DNA of 64,000 bases from Thraustochytrium aureum (taxonomy: Eukaryota). The position numbers and the translations under genes are program-made. How positions within the stretch are numbered: the stretch's first letter is position 1; each line of letters opens with the position of its first letter. Below are positions 10,988 through 21,428 of this stretch, in pieces. The stretch lies in contig BLSG01000410.1 in the NCBI GenBank assembly GCA_012862495.1, positions 338,654-402,653 on the forward strand, given 5' to 3'. The notes beneath the pieces are model-generated. The model did not search any database. It was given only the letters and a program-made list of their open reading frames with translations, and was not told where the DNA came from.

Positions 10988-11596
10988 GCGGCGGCGTGCG
11001 AGCAGCAAACTGGTCCAGACTCCGCGACCTGCTCTTGGAAATGCTCAGTGCGATGCGTTTCGGCTCTGCTGCAGCTTCATCGCGCCAGCCTCGACGGCTT
11101 TGGCCAACGGTTTTCAAGCCGGCTGGGCATGTGCATTGTGTCTTTGAGCCCGTCTTATCGGACCCAACTTGCGCATTCTCACGCAACACCAAAGCCCACT
11201 GCGCATTCCCAAACGCCAGACCACGGGCCGATTCCGCTATGTTTTGACAATAACCTTTTTGAATGGTGCGCTGTTATGGGACCGGCGAGATGTGCACCTG
11301 CTTTGCGATGCGCGCAGTGCGCAAGTATTTGCGTGGGCCCAAAAGTGGAATCATATCGACACGCGAGCAGTCGAAATGGTGCTCGATGTGGACCCTGCTC
11401 CCACCAAGGCGTCCTTGACGTGGCTCGAGGCACGCACGAGGTGGTTGGGATCCGGGATGATGGAGGTGCGCTGCGTTTTAAAGTTCGGCGGGTCGCGCAA
11501 ATGGTCGCGCTTGCGTCGTGTGGCGTGCGTGATGACCTGGACGGAAGTGAGGACTGACCGACTTGTTTCGAGCGCCTTGACGTCGTGGGAGCTGCT

Positions 11597-12484
11597 CTAC
11601 TTCTCTGGGTCTGGGTGTCCCTCCGAGGCTGAGCTCGAGCGCGATTCCTCGTCGGCCGTGGGCAGCTGGCGAAGACTCTGGCGCGGGAGGAGGCGTGGCT
11701 TGAGCTTGCCCAAGCCCCAGAAGAAGAAGAACAGCGCAACAACGAGCAAGCCGACGCCGACCGTGCGGCCGATGTAGGCCAGGTCGCTCGTGTCCAGCGC
11801 AAAGTAAACGTTGTCACAGAGGAGCTGCGCGTAGCCGAGGTGGAAGAGCATGTAGGCCACAGGAAGCAAGAGCGCCGCAGCCCAGTGGCGCCCGTTGAAC
11901 TGGTACGCTGCCACAGTGTAGTCGAGGCAAGTCGCGATAAAGTTGAGCAGGTGCAGCGCGACGTTGACAAAGTTCCACGTTCCGCCTTGAATGAAGGACC
12001 AGAACGCCACAGTGACGAAGAACGCGTTCGGCACCTCGATTTCGCCAGCGACTTGCTGGCACGTCAGCAGCGCTCGCGCCGCGTGACGGCCGACCGGGCG
12101 CCCGGACGCGGAGGTCCAGTGCAGGCGGTTGATGCCAAGGCTGCCTGGCTGGATCACGCGGGCCAACGACACTGCCGTTCCCGTCCAAAAATACAGGCAC
12201 ACTAGGAGCCAGTTCCATTCGGTAAAGTAGATGATCTGCCGGAACTCGCCTTGGTCGAGGAACGAGACAACCAAACCTGCTAGCGCCACAACGCTGCACG
12301 CGATCCTCCAGCTGAGCACGACCGTGGGGAATCGCAGCTCTACGCTATCAATGGCTAAATGTTGGTCATTGTCGTGGCCGCCCACAAGCGCAAGCCACGT
12401 AATGCAAGAGACGACAGCCACTGTGCCAGCAGTGGCGCCGAAAATAAACCCGGCGGTGTCTGTCTCTGGCTTTGGCTCGCACAT
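11597..12484 (-). CDS. Multi-pass membrane protein, FAR-17a/AIG1 / rolling-stone-like (paralog A)
   Basis: About 7 hydrophobic helices, with YFTEWNW, VAFW, ALHLLN and VYFALD motifs. Confidence 0.7.
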   Translation of the reverse strand: MCEPKPETDTAGFIFGATAGTVAVVSCITWLALVGGHDNDQHLAIDSVELRFPTVVLSWRIACSVVALAGLVVSFLDQGEFRQIIYFTEWNWLLVCLYFWTGTAVSLARVIQPGSLGINRLHWTSASGRPVGRHAARALLTCQQVAGEIEVPNAFFVTVAFWSFIQGGTWNFVNVALHLLNFIATCLDYTVAAYQFNGRHWAAALLLPVAYMLFHLGYAQLLCDNVYFALDTSDLAYIGRTVGVGLLVVALFFFFWGLGKLKPRLLPRQSLRQLPTADEESRSSSASEGHPDPEK

Positions 12485-13029
12485 TCCGAAAATGAACGGC
12501 AGTTGGCAGAGCTGCTCAGCGCGGGGGTCCCGCTCGACAAATCAACGAGCGCCACTGCAGCGTATTCGAGCGCTCGCAGGCACCAGTACGCGTCGTGAGT
12601 GAGTTCGTTGGAGGTTTGCTCCGGCCAATTGGGGGAGTAAAAGTAGTAGTCTTGCACCGAGCAAAGAAGCACGTTTTAGATTTTACATACCGAGTTCCCT
12701 CAGCACGTTGTGCGTTTCCAGAGGCCTGCTGGGCGTCGTTTGCCATTCGCGAGGAACTGTGGCCCGGCCCAGGGATTCTGCACATTCTGCTTTGGCGCAC
12801 GGTAGAGTACCAAAAGGTACTCTACTCTACTACAAGGACTCGGACTATGCGAGTACGCCTGCCTGGCTGGCAGGTGTGCGACCAATCAGTATGCGATCGG
12901 CTCTGGCCTTTGCCTGGCAGGGTAGATAGAAACGCGCGCCAAGTGAGCGGGAGCATACGCTCTTCAAGCGGGCGACTTCTTGTTCAAACCAGTCACCCAG
13001 TCCAAGAGCTTGAGGCGAGCCTTCTATTC

Positions 13030-14058
13030 TCAAACAAGTGCTGTCGCCCGTTCCGAGGCCTCCGGCTCGTGGTGATCGGCGTTTACTGGCCCGCCCTCCG
13101 CGGAGCCTTCCTCGCGGGGCCCGCCTTGATGCGAGTCACCTGCGCCACTCATCTCGATCTTGACATCAGTAGTCTTTGCCACAAACGTGGTATCGCCGTC
13201 AGCTGAAGGCGCTTGGGATTGATGTTCCTCCTTCACTGGCGAGCCCAGCGCAATGGCACCCAACATTAGCTCCTTGAGCTTGCTGAAGCCAAAGTAGATA
13301 AAGTACAAGAGCACCACGCCCAGGGCCAGGCCCAGCGACCACGCGATGTACACAGGGTCGTTCGTGTTCAGGAAGTCGTACTGGTTTTCGCAAGTGAACT
13401 GTGCCTGCGTAAGGTGAAAGAGGAGGTAGAGCACGGCAAAGAGCAGGACAGCGGTGACGTGGTTGGCGTTGAAAAGGTACTCGGACAAGAAGAGGTCGAC
13501 GAACACCACCAAGCAGTTCACAAGGTGCATGGAGATGCTCCCAAAGTCTTCGTGATCAACCCCCTCGGAAAGCACCGCCCAGAACACTATCGTCACCAAA
13601 AGGCTCATCGGGGCCTCGATCTCGCCCAAGATCTGCAGGCATGCGAGAAAGTGATATGCGGGCCTGTGGCCCACCGCGCGACCATCACGCAACCTAAAGC
13701 ACTGGCCGCTCGCCCCCGCGAGGCTGCCCGGAAGCACCACGCGCGTCAACGACACTGTAAAAGCCACCAAGAAATAAAGGCAGAGCAGCAACCAGTTCCA
13801 GATCGTGTAGAATAGCAGCGCGCTGCCGCTCGTGATGCTCGTGCCCAGCACCACAAAACAAAACACCACGACGAAGAATCGCCACACGAGAATGCAGCGT
13901 GGGAAGCGCAAGGCGAAGCCGTCACAGCTCACGAGCGCCTCGTTCTGGACGTGCCCCTTGAGGATCATCCAAAGCAGGCAAAACAACGCTAGGATCGAAC
14001 CGAACGCCGCGCCGAAGATGAACCCAGCCGCGTCGGTCGCTGGCTGCGGCTCGCACAT
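13030..14058 (-). CDS. Multi-pass membrane protein, FAR-17a/AIG1 / rolling-stone-like (paralog B)
   Basis: Collinear with paralog A: MCEPQPATDAAGFIFGA vs MCEPKPETDTAGFIFGA, FYTIWNW, GEIEAP, SMHLVN, YDFLNT. Confidence 0.7.
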   Translation of the reverse strand: MCEPQPATDAAGFIFGAAFGSILALFCLLWMILKGHVQNEALVSCDGFALRFPRCILVWRFFVVVFCFVVLGTSITSGSALLFYTIWNWLLLCLYFLVAFTVSLTRVVLPGSLAGASGQCFRLRDGRAVGHRPAYHFLACLQILGEIEAPMSLLVTIVFWAVLSEGVDHEDFGSISMHLVNCLVVFVDLFLSEYLFNANHVTAVLLFAVLYLLFHLTQAQFTCENQYDFLNTNDPVYIAWSLGLALGVVLLYFIYFGFSKLKELMLGAIALGSPVKEEHQSQAPSADGDTTFVAKTTDVKIEMSGAGDSHQGGPREEGSAEGGPVNADHHEPEASERATALV

Positions 14059-15093
14059 CGTGGGCGCAAGACTTCGCCAACCGACCGACCAACCAACCAC
14101 CGAGCTTGCCTCCGATCGATCGAAAGGGGGCTTTCTCACGCTTCAATCGCAGCAAGCGCTCCTGGTGTTCCTCCGCTGCACTTGATCGGGGACTGGGGAC
14201 TGGGCTTCCTTCCGTTGAGAGCTGGGCGCCGTTCAGCTCAACGGTCCCCTGCAACCGAAACCGCTCGCGGCCCTATCGATAGAAGGCACGCGCAATCGCA
14301 GCAGGTTAACCGCTGACTGCAGCCTCGCTGCGCAGGTCTCAGCCGGGGCTTGCGCCACTGAACAGGGATTGCCGACGCAGGACTCGGGGAACAGGCTGGA
14401 AACGCACCGAGTAACTCGCACATTTCACGACTCCAACATGGCACCTGCAGTGAACGAGGCAAAGTGAGCAAGTTGGCCTACCGGTACGCCACTCGTCGGC
14501 CAGTATTCTCGAAGTCAGCGCTGGCATCGCAACTGCTGCCCTCCCTGATGTTCGGTTTCATGACTGCCGCGCATGCAGGAAACCGATGCCGGCGATGGCT
14601 GGCTGGTGGACGGCCCAGGTCATGACTGATGTGGCTCGCTCGCTCATCACGCGGGTCGCACTTTCTCCAGCCGCTCGAAACGGCGCTGCTCGCCACGCAT
14701 GGCCGGGAGCGAGAGGATGCGAAGAAGGCGGGCTGTGGACGCGTTCTGGATCTAGTGCGAGGAGCTGTTGGGTCGTGCGCGCTTTTGGCGGCTCTGACTT
14801 GAATGAAAACCGCGCTGCGCTAGAGAAGGCTTCAGCGGACGACCAAAAGAGGCGTGGCGCCCGTCGAGGCGCGTCAACGACAGCAGTGACAACGACAGAA
14901 CGTATATTTTATTGCACCGCACCCAGTCCACTAAGTTTGGGCACCCACTTTTGGCGGCTGCAGCTCAACTTCCGCGAACATCGCTCGAGCGCTGCCCATC
15001 TTGTGTAAAGCCCAGCGCTCGCCGCTGCAAAGCGCGCAGTGCATCCGAGCCCCGCGCAGACCCTCGCCAAGCAAGAGCAAGGAAAGGCAGCAA

Positions 15094-15585
15094 TCAAAGG
15101 TCGAGCTTGCTTTCGAGCGCGGTGCCCTTCGCGGCCTCTACCAGCGCGTCCACGCCGCCCTCGTTGCGGTTCACCACGACGCGCCGCAGCCTTGCGAGCG
15201 CCGCGAGCTCTGCGACGGGAAGCGACTCGAGCCTGTTCCCAGACACGTCGAGCGACTCGAGGTTGGCGAGGAGGCCCACCTCGGGCGGGACGGTCTTCAG
15301 CAGGTTGTCCGCGACCTTGAGCTCCGTGAGGCTCGGCAAGCACTCGAATACCGCGGTCGGGAGGTCGCGCAGCCCGCTGTTCGACAGGTCGAGCGACTCG
15401 AGCTTGGCTAGCCCGGGAGCGGTCTGCTGGACGAACCGCGCCAGGCGGCATGCGCAAGCCTCCCCGAGCTTCTCGCACATGAGATTGCGGCACTCCAGGT
15501 CCGCACTGCGCGAGAGGTCCAGCCGCACTATCGGCAACGCGCGCGTCGCCGCCTTGGCCGCGGCGGCGAGCGACGTGAAGCTCAT
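15094..15585 (-). CDS. Small leucine-rich-repeat protein (163 aa)
   Basis: LRR units LESLDLSNSGLRDLP, LTELKVADNLLKTVP and LESLDVSGNRLESLP. Confidence 0.85.
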   Translation of the reverse strand: MSFTSLAAAAKAATRALPIVRLDLSRSADLECRNLMCEKLGEACACRLARFVQQTAPGLAKLESLDLSNSGLRDLPTAVFECLPSLTELKVADNLLKTVPPEVGLLANLESLDVSGNRLESLPVAELAALARLRRVVVNRNEGGVDALVEAAKGTALESKLDL

Positions 15586-16201
15586 CGTAAACAACCCAGA
15601 CAGAGACGGAGAGGCCAGACGCCAGAGCGGGATCACGATCTGCCCGGCCACTCGCGCTCCGCCTCGCCTGGGNNNNNNNNNNNNNNNNNNNNNNNNNNNN
15701 NNNNNNNNNNNNNNNNNNNNNNNNNNNNNNNNNNNNNNNNNNNNNNNNNNNNNNNNNNNNNNNNNNNNNNNNNNNNNNNNNNNNNNNNNNNNNNNNNNNN
15801 NNNNNNNNNNNNNNNNNNNNNNNNNNNNNNNNNNNNNNNNNNNNNNNNNNNNNNNNNNNNNNNNNNNNNNNNNNNNNNNNNNNNNNNNNNNNNNNNNNNN
15901 NNNNNNNNNNNNNNNNNNNNNNNNNNNNNNNNNNNNNNNNNNNNNNNNNNNNNNNNNNNNNNNNNNNNNNNNNNNNNNNNNNNNNNNNNNNNNNNNNNNN
16001 NNNNNNNNNNNNNNNNNNNNNNNNNNNNNNNNNNNNNNNNNNNNNNNNNNNNNNNNNNNNNNNNNNNNNNNNNNNNNNNNNNNNNNNNNNNNNNNNNNNN
16101 NNNNNNNNNNNNNNNNNNNNNNNNNNNNNNNNNNNNNNNNNNNNNNNNNNNNNNNNNNNNNNNNNNNNNNNNNNNNNNNNNNNNNNNNNNNNNNNNNNNN
16201 C

Positions 16202-16660
16202 ACGATCGAGTTTTCGTACCGCGTTGCAAGAACCCTGCCCGTCTCCACGTTGGCGCGCGAGCGCTTGCTTGGCGCAGGTGAGGTGGTCGAGCGTTTGCTG
16301 GTTGCCCTCGAGCTTGCAACGAGCATCCGCTCCGGCCTGCGGTGTTCCGGCTGCGATGCTCTGGTGACAGAGCCCCGCACGCTGGTCGCGATCGCACCTG
16401 AAGGCCCCTCGGGCTCCTTCGTCAACGGGCACGGATACGTGCACCATTTGCTCACCATGAGCGAGTGCCAGCACTTCCTGCTCGAAGGCGGCCCGGAGAC
16501 GGCCAACTCGTACTTTCCAGGATACAGCTGGACAATCATGCGCTGTGAGATATGTTACAACCATTTTGGCTGGCAATTCGACGCGGTCGCGCCAGGGTTG
16601 CAGCCGCCAAGGTTCTTCGGCCTGGAGCGCAATGCCTTCAGGCTAACGTTTGGCGTTTAG
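16202..16660 (+). CDS. CRBN: Cereblon, C-terminal part (end of Lon domain plus CULT/thalidomide-binding domain); 5' end in gap
   Basis: FSYRVARTLP, CxxC (CSGC), FVNGHGYVH, SYFPGYSWT, CEIC..HFGWQF and PPRFFGL. Confidence 0.9.
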   Translation, partial: TIEFSYRVARTLPVSTLARERLLGAGEVVERLLVALELATSIRSGLRCSGCDALVTEPRTLVAIAPEGPSGSFVNGHGYVHHLLTMSECQHFLLEGGPETANSYFPGYSWTIMRCEICYNHFGWQFDAVAPGLQPPRFFGLERNAFRLTFGV

Positions 16661-16907
16661 CGTGCTCCTGTACCATACGAACAACACTCGGTTACGGTTA
16701 ATAAAACAAGTAGAGCACAGGGCTGGCCAGCTTACCCCGCCACCCTCGCGTGCCAGAGCAGCTTGCGAGGCCGCGTGCTCCTAGAGCTCTGCTGGGCCAC
16801 AGTGGGATTTTGCTCCTCCAAATGCTGCGCTTCTTCGGGCGAGCCGCTTCGTTGCGTGGCCTGGCTCAGTTCGCTCGCTGCCTCGACCCCCGCGTCGCCG
16901 TGTGTCG

Positions 16908-19900
16908 CTAGTTGAAGAGGCTCCAGGTCGGGGCAGTAATCAGTTGCGTCAGTCGCCGCTCACTTTCTGCCTCCGCGCTCTGCGGAAGGGACAAGGCCGC
17001 GTCAAGGTCTTCCTGCGGTTCTTGCGCAGCTCCGGCATTGGTCGCTTCGACAACTGGCCCCTTGTTGAGCGTCGTCTCTTCACTGGACTCGAGCTCGTCG
17101 TCTTGTTCGCCTGCAGAGCTTGGTTGGCCTGCGTGCGATGGCGAGACGGCCTCTGACGGCGACGAGGCGGCGACCTCTGCGCGGCCCGACAGGGTCGTAC
17201 CAACAGGACCAGCGTCCGGGCCCGGACTGGTCCCTCCGCGAGTGCTGCTGCGCTCCTTTGTGCCAAAACATTTCCTGGTACTCGCGCTCCATCTCATCCG
17301 TCCAGCGCACAGGGCCAGAGAACGCGTTGCCAATCATCACGTTGAGCTCACTCAGCTCCCGCGACAGTCGCGAAGAAAACTTTGCAAGCTCTGTTTCTGG
17401 GGACGGCGGCGACCGTCGGTTCCTTTGCAACTCGAAGGCAACCTGGTCCATGCTCGCAGCGATGCTCTCCCGGACTTTGGACAGCTTGTCGTCAAACTTC
17501 GCTTGCTCCGTTGCGTTGATCAACTCGTTCGGCTCGAGCAGCACAACCCCGAGATCGGGATTTCCCTTCCGGGAGGGAAGCGGCGACGTTGGCGCACTTC
17601 TGCTGACCAAGATCAGCGTCTGCGGAGCAGGCCTCCGATCCGCCTGAGCGCCGCAGATGCTCCCCTTGCAGTCCACACCCATCGCGCTCGCTGCGGCTCC
17701 GCTCGCATCCAGCGGAACATCCTCCATGTGCATCTGTGCAGAGATGTTGGAGAGCTTGGAANNNNNNNNNNNNNNNNNNNNNNNNNNNNNNNNNNNNNNN
17801 NNNNNNNNNNNNNNNNNNNNNNNNNNNNNNNNNNNNNNNNNNNNNNNNNNNNNNNNNNNNNNNNNNNNNNATCTGTGCAGAGATGTTGGAGAGCTTGGAA
17901 GCCAGAGAATCCATGTCGAGCGATTGCAGCATCCCGAGCTGCGTCTCTAGCTTGTCGTAGAGCCCCTGCAGCATCGAGTCGTTTCGACGAGACGAGAGAG
18001 GCTCGTCGGCCTTGGCTGGAGGGCTTGCGTCAATACCTTGAGGAAGGTCATCCGATTTGCCAACTCCTATGGTCCGTGCGATCGGGCTCGCCTTGGGGCG
18101 CGTTCCGCGGCACTCGTGTGCAGACTTTGGAGACCTTCTGCCTTGACGACCCGGCTCAAACACATACAGCGCTGGCGCTGACATTGGGGAGCAAAGACCG
18201 ACAATCGCGGGTGCTTCGAGAGCACGCCGAATCGCCTCAAGAGGATCCGCTTCAGGAGATCCTGGCGGACGTGGTCTGGCCGCTGGTGACCGAGGGGGCG
18301 ATGCTGCGGCTTGCAGAGATGCCTCGCTCTTTGGGGAGCTACGTGTCGCTCGATCTGCGCACGCCGACTTCGGGACCAATACTGGCGATGCCAGGGGCAC
18401 TGCGCGCCTGAGCTCGTCGCTCCGGACGCTCGATGGAGACTTGGACCCTACACGGGCAATAAAAAGCGCGGGCGGTCTGAGGTGCTCTGGGATCGTTCGT
18501 ACCGCGGGCTGTTTGCAAGGCGAACGAGACGCAGAGGCGTTCGGACTGCGGCTCGTAGCCTGGAGCGGGGTTTCCTCGCCGCCCTCGTGGCCCTGATGAG
18601 ACTTGGGCGACCTGGACCCCCGATCCCTGGAGACCCGCAGAGCAGGGGCGGCGGGACGAGGTTAGATGCGTTGCAAACAAGGTCTCTCGGGGTGGCCTTG
18701 GCTACAGATCGCCCGGATCCAGGCACCGTGACAGATCCTGATGGGCTCCGGATAAGTGCCGGCGGAGAGAGCTGCCCAGGGGCGCGAGGGGTTGAGGGTG
18801 AGCCTTGCACATGATTCTGCACCTTGCCAGAGCCGCACTCAACCGGCGGATGAACTCTGGGGTGCGCCTCTGTTGCTTCTGGCGCGCAGGCCAAAGGTGG
18901 TGGTCTTAGGTCTTGCGCTTGAACGCCGCTAGGCGCTATACTGTTTGTCGCGCTCGCGATCCGCAAGGGAGGCGGGCGGCGAAGCGGTGGAGCCTCAACA
19001 ACGACAGCGCTCGCGTCCCGCGCCGACTGACTGGCATCGAGCACCTGCGGCATAGCGGCCTCCCCGCGCAAAATTACCCCTGCGAGCTGAAAGCCAACGA
19101 GGACCCGAAGGGCAAAAGCGCGCGGCATGCTTCCATCGCCATTCACAGCATGTGGGAGGCAAAACGTGAAGAGCACTGCCGATTCGACGTCCAGGCCAGC
19201 GCAGAGCATGAGAGCCACAAAGACGGCGGCTAGGTCTACTCCCCGCTGTCCGTTCTGGCTCAAGATCTGATAGGCAATCAAACCGTCGTCCGAGTTCGGC
19301 TGCAAACCAAGCGCGACGCAAAGCCCGTCATGCGAGTCGCAAACTGCAGGGGCGCCCGCATGAACGTGCTCTCTCCACAGGACGTTGAGTAGACCAGCTG
19401 TGAGTCCTCGTGACCGCACCAACGCGCAAAGAGAAGCTCGCGCTCCCCGTGGAGCCCAGAGCGCGTCCAGTTCGGCAACCCCCGTGGCACCGCGAGGGAT
19501 TCTAGTGAGTTGCTCAACTAGGACTTTGATTTGCTCGAAGCGGAATCCATGCCCTGGGCTGTTCCAGAGCCTCCGCACAGCTTCTTGGGAGCGTTCAGCC
19601 AGCTTCTCCTCAGGCAGTGGAGAGCTCGCCTCCTCTTCCTTGGCTTCTTGCTCTCGCAAAGTCCATGCCCCTGGCCGAGACAGACTTGCTGACGAGGCTA
19701 CCACGATTGGACGCAAACCGTTCCCCGCACCAGCCCCCGCGACAGCGTCTTCACTCTCCAAGAGCGACCAATTATCCCTCCAGGCTCGACCGACGGCAGC
19801 AGAAACCAGGTCTTCCTTGCGCGGTGGGCTTGGGACCGATTTGGACGCCCGCACACCCAAAGCAGGGCTTGCCGAGTCGTCCTCTTCTGATCGACTTGCT

Positions 19901-20824
19901 CGGGACTCGCGGCGCCTTCGAGGCGAAAACGACCGATGGGGCTTGCCTAACGTGCGAAGGGGCTCTTCGAGCTGGGACTTGAGGCGCATCTCCTCCAGGC
20001 CGAGCTTGAGACGGCGCGCTTCATCCGACCTGATTCGCTTGGCTTCTTCAGCGCGCTTTACGCGCTCCTCCCTCTCCAACTTGCGCTGTTGCACGCGGAC
20101 CTTGGCGCGCTGCCTGGCAAGTTTTTCGGCCAGCTTGGCCTGCTGCAAACGCAGCTCGCGCGTCTCGCGCAGCTTTGCGTTCCATACCGCCTCCGACTCG
20201 CCGGCTCCCTCTCGAAGCCGAGACCCGCGCGGAGACGGAGCCGCCCCGTGCGCCGCAGCAGCCGAGCTCGGACGCCGCGCACCGAAGCCAGGTGAGGCCG
20301 CCGAAGTTGCGCGTGATGCAGCTCGCAACGCGGCGGCTGCGTTGGCCCTGCTTGGGCTCTTGCAATGGCCTGCATGGCCTGCCTGCGATACATTGGTGTC
20401 GATAACAAGCGCTCCGGTGTCGGAGAGCTTCGCGCCGAGGAGTGCGATTGCATCGGCGAGCGACTCGGTCCCGTCCGAGATGCCGGCCTGCTTGAGCGCG
20501 TGAACTGCGCGGTTTCCAGCGCCAGCGGGGAGGTCTGCAGTGCTGCTACGCCACTGAGCGAGCAGCGGGCTGCCGGCATCCCTGGTTGCGCTCGAGCTGT
20601 GCGCGCCGGCCGAGGCGGGCCGCGAACGCCCTGGCCTTCCTTCGAGGCGACCCGGCCCTGCGCGCCCCCGATGGCGCCAGCTTGGCCACCTTTGCCTCTG
20701 CGTTGGCTTGCTTGATGAGCAGCGCTTCGTGCTTCTTGCGCAGCGCCTCCATGGTCGCGTCCAGCTTGCGTTGGACCATGTCGTTCGAGCGGCGTGTGCC
20801 GCCGGCGCTATTTTTCCGGCCCAT
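16908..20824 (-). CDS. Large low-complexity/coiled-coil hypothetical protein, fragmented by frameshifts, a possible short intron (about 18448-18502) and a false gap
   Basis: Consecutive protein-like frames 20546-21022, 18448-20988, 17492-18400, 17080-17733 and 16908-17333. Coiled-coil LREQ-rich segment. Boundaries are uncertain and it may be two genes. Confidence 0.5.
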
Positions 20825-21428
20825 GCCCCGGTCTTTGAAGAGCGCCCCAGACCTGGACCTGGCCAATGCGAGCACGCGGACCAAACCAAACCCTTTCTTG
20901 CTCTGCTGCTGCACACGCAGCGCAACGTGGCGGCCAGCTGCGCGTCTGCTCGCCTCGCTTGACGCGGTGACGCCCCCAGACTTGGCATAATCCGCTTGCG
21001 TCATTTGCTCGAAATATCCCACCTCTACTGTGAAGTGTACAGCGATCTGCTGATGTCAGCCAACGGTCCTCTTCCGATGCGCCACTCCACACGCTCCTCA
21101 GGCAACGCAGCTCTCAAGCGAGCACAGACCGGCAACCGGCCTCCGAGCCGCGTTGTGCGCGCGTAGGTGCGAGCTGCTCCTCATTGTCGTGGACGCGGCG
21201 CGCTGGGGAGGCCGAGAATCCGCGCAGGCCTCGCTGGTTTTGCCCCTGGGCGACCTGCCCCGCAACCGAACTCGCCCGCCTCGCGAGCTCTGCTGCACTA
21301 CATTCCGGCACAGCAGAGCACGATAGCAGGGGCTTACCGGTTGGCGGCGCGATCGGCGCCAGCGGTGGAGTTGGCGCGAGTCGATTTCACACCACCACCA
21401 CCTCGCCAGAAACGCGCTATCGAGCTTG

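Noticed and set aside
8810..11557. Long antisense ORFs (e.g. 8810-11557, 26050-28953, 36905-38539, 6209-7969) as overlapping genes
   Set aside because: These are shadow ORFs opposite real genes, caused by high GC3 and N-runs. Their translations have no recognisable motifs.
11040..11580. Possible plus-strand gene (ORF 11169-11777)
   Set aside because: It has no recognisable motif or clear ATG and overlaps the 3' end of the AIG1-like gene.
18448..18502. 55-nt GT..AG intron on the minus strand as a firm feature
   Set aside because: The donor and pyrimidine-rich acceptor are plausible, but splicing leads into a frame that stops at 18339 unless another indel is assumed. RNA evidence is needed.
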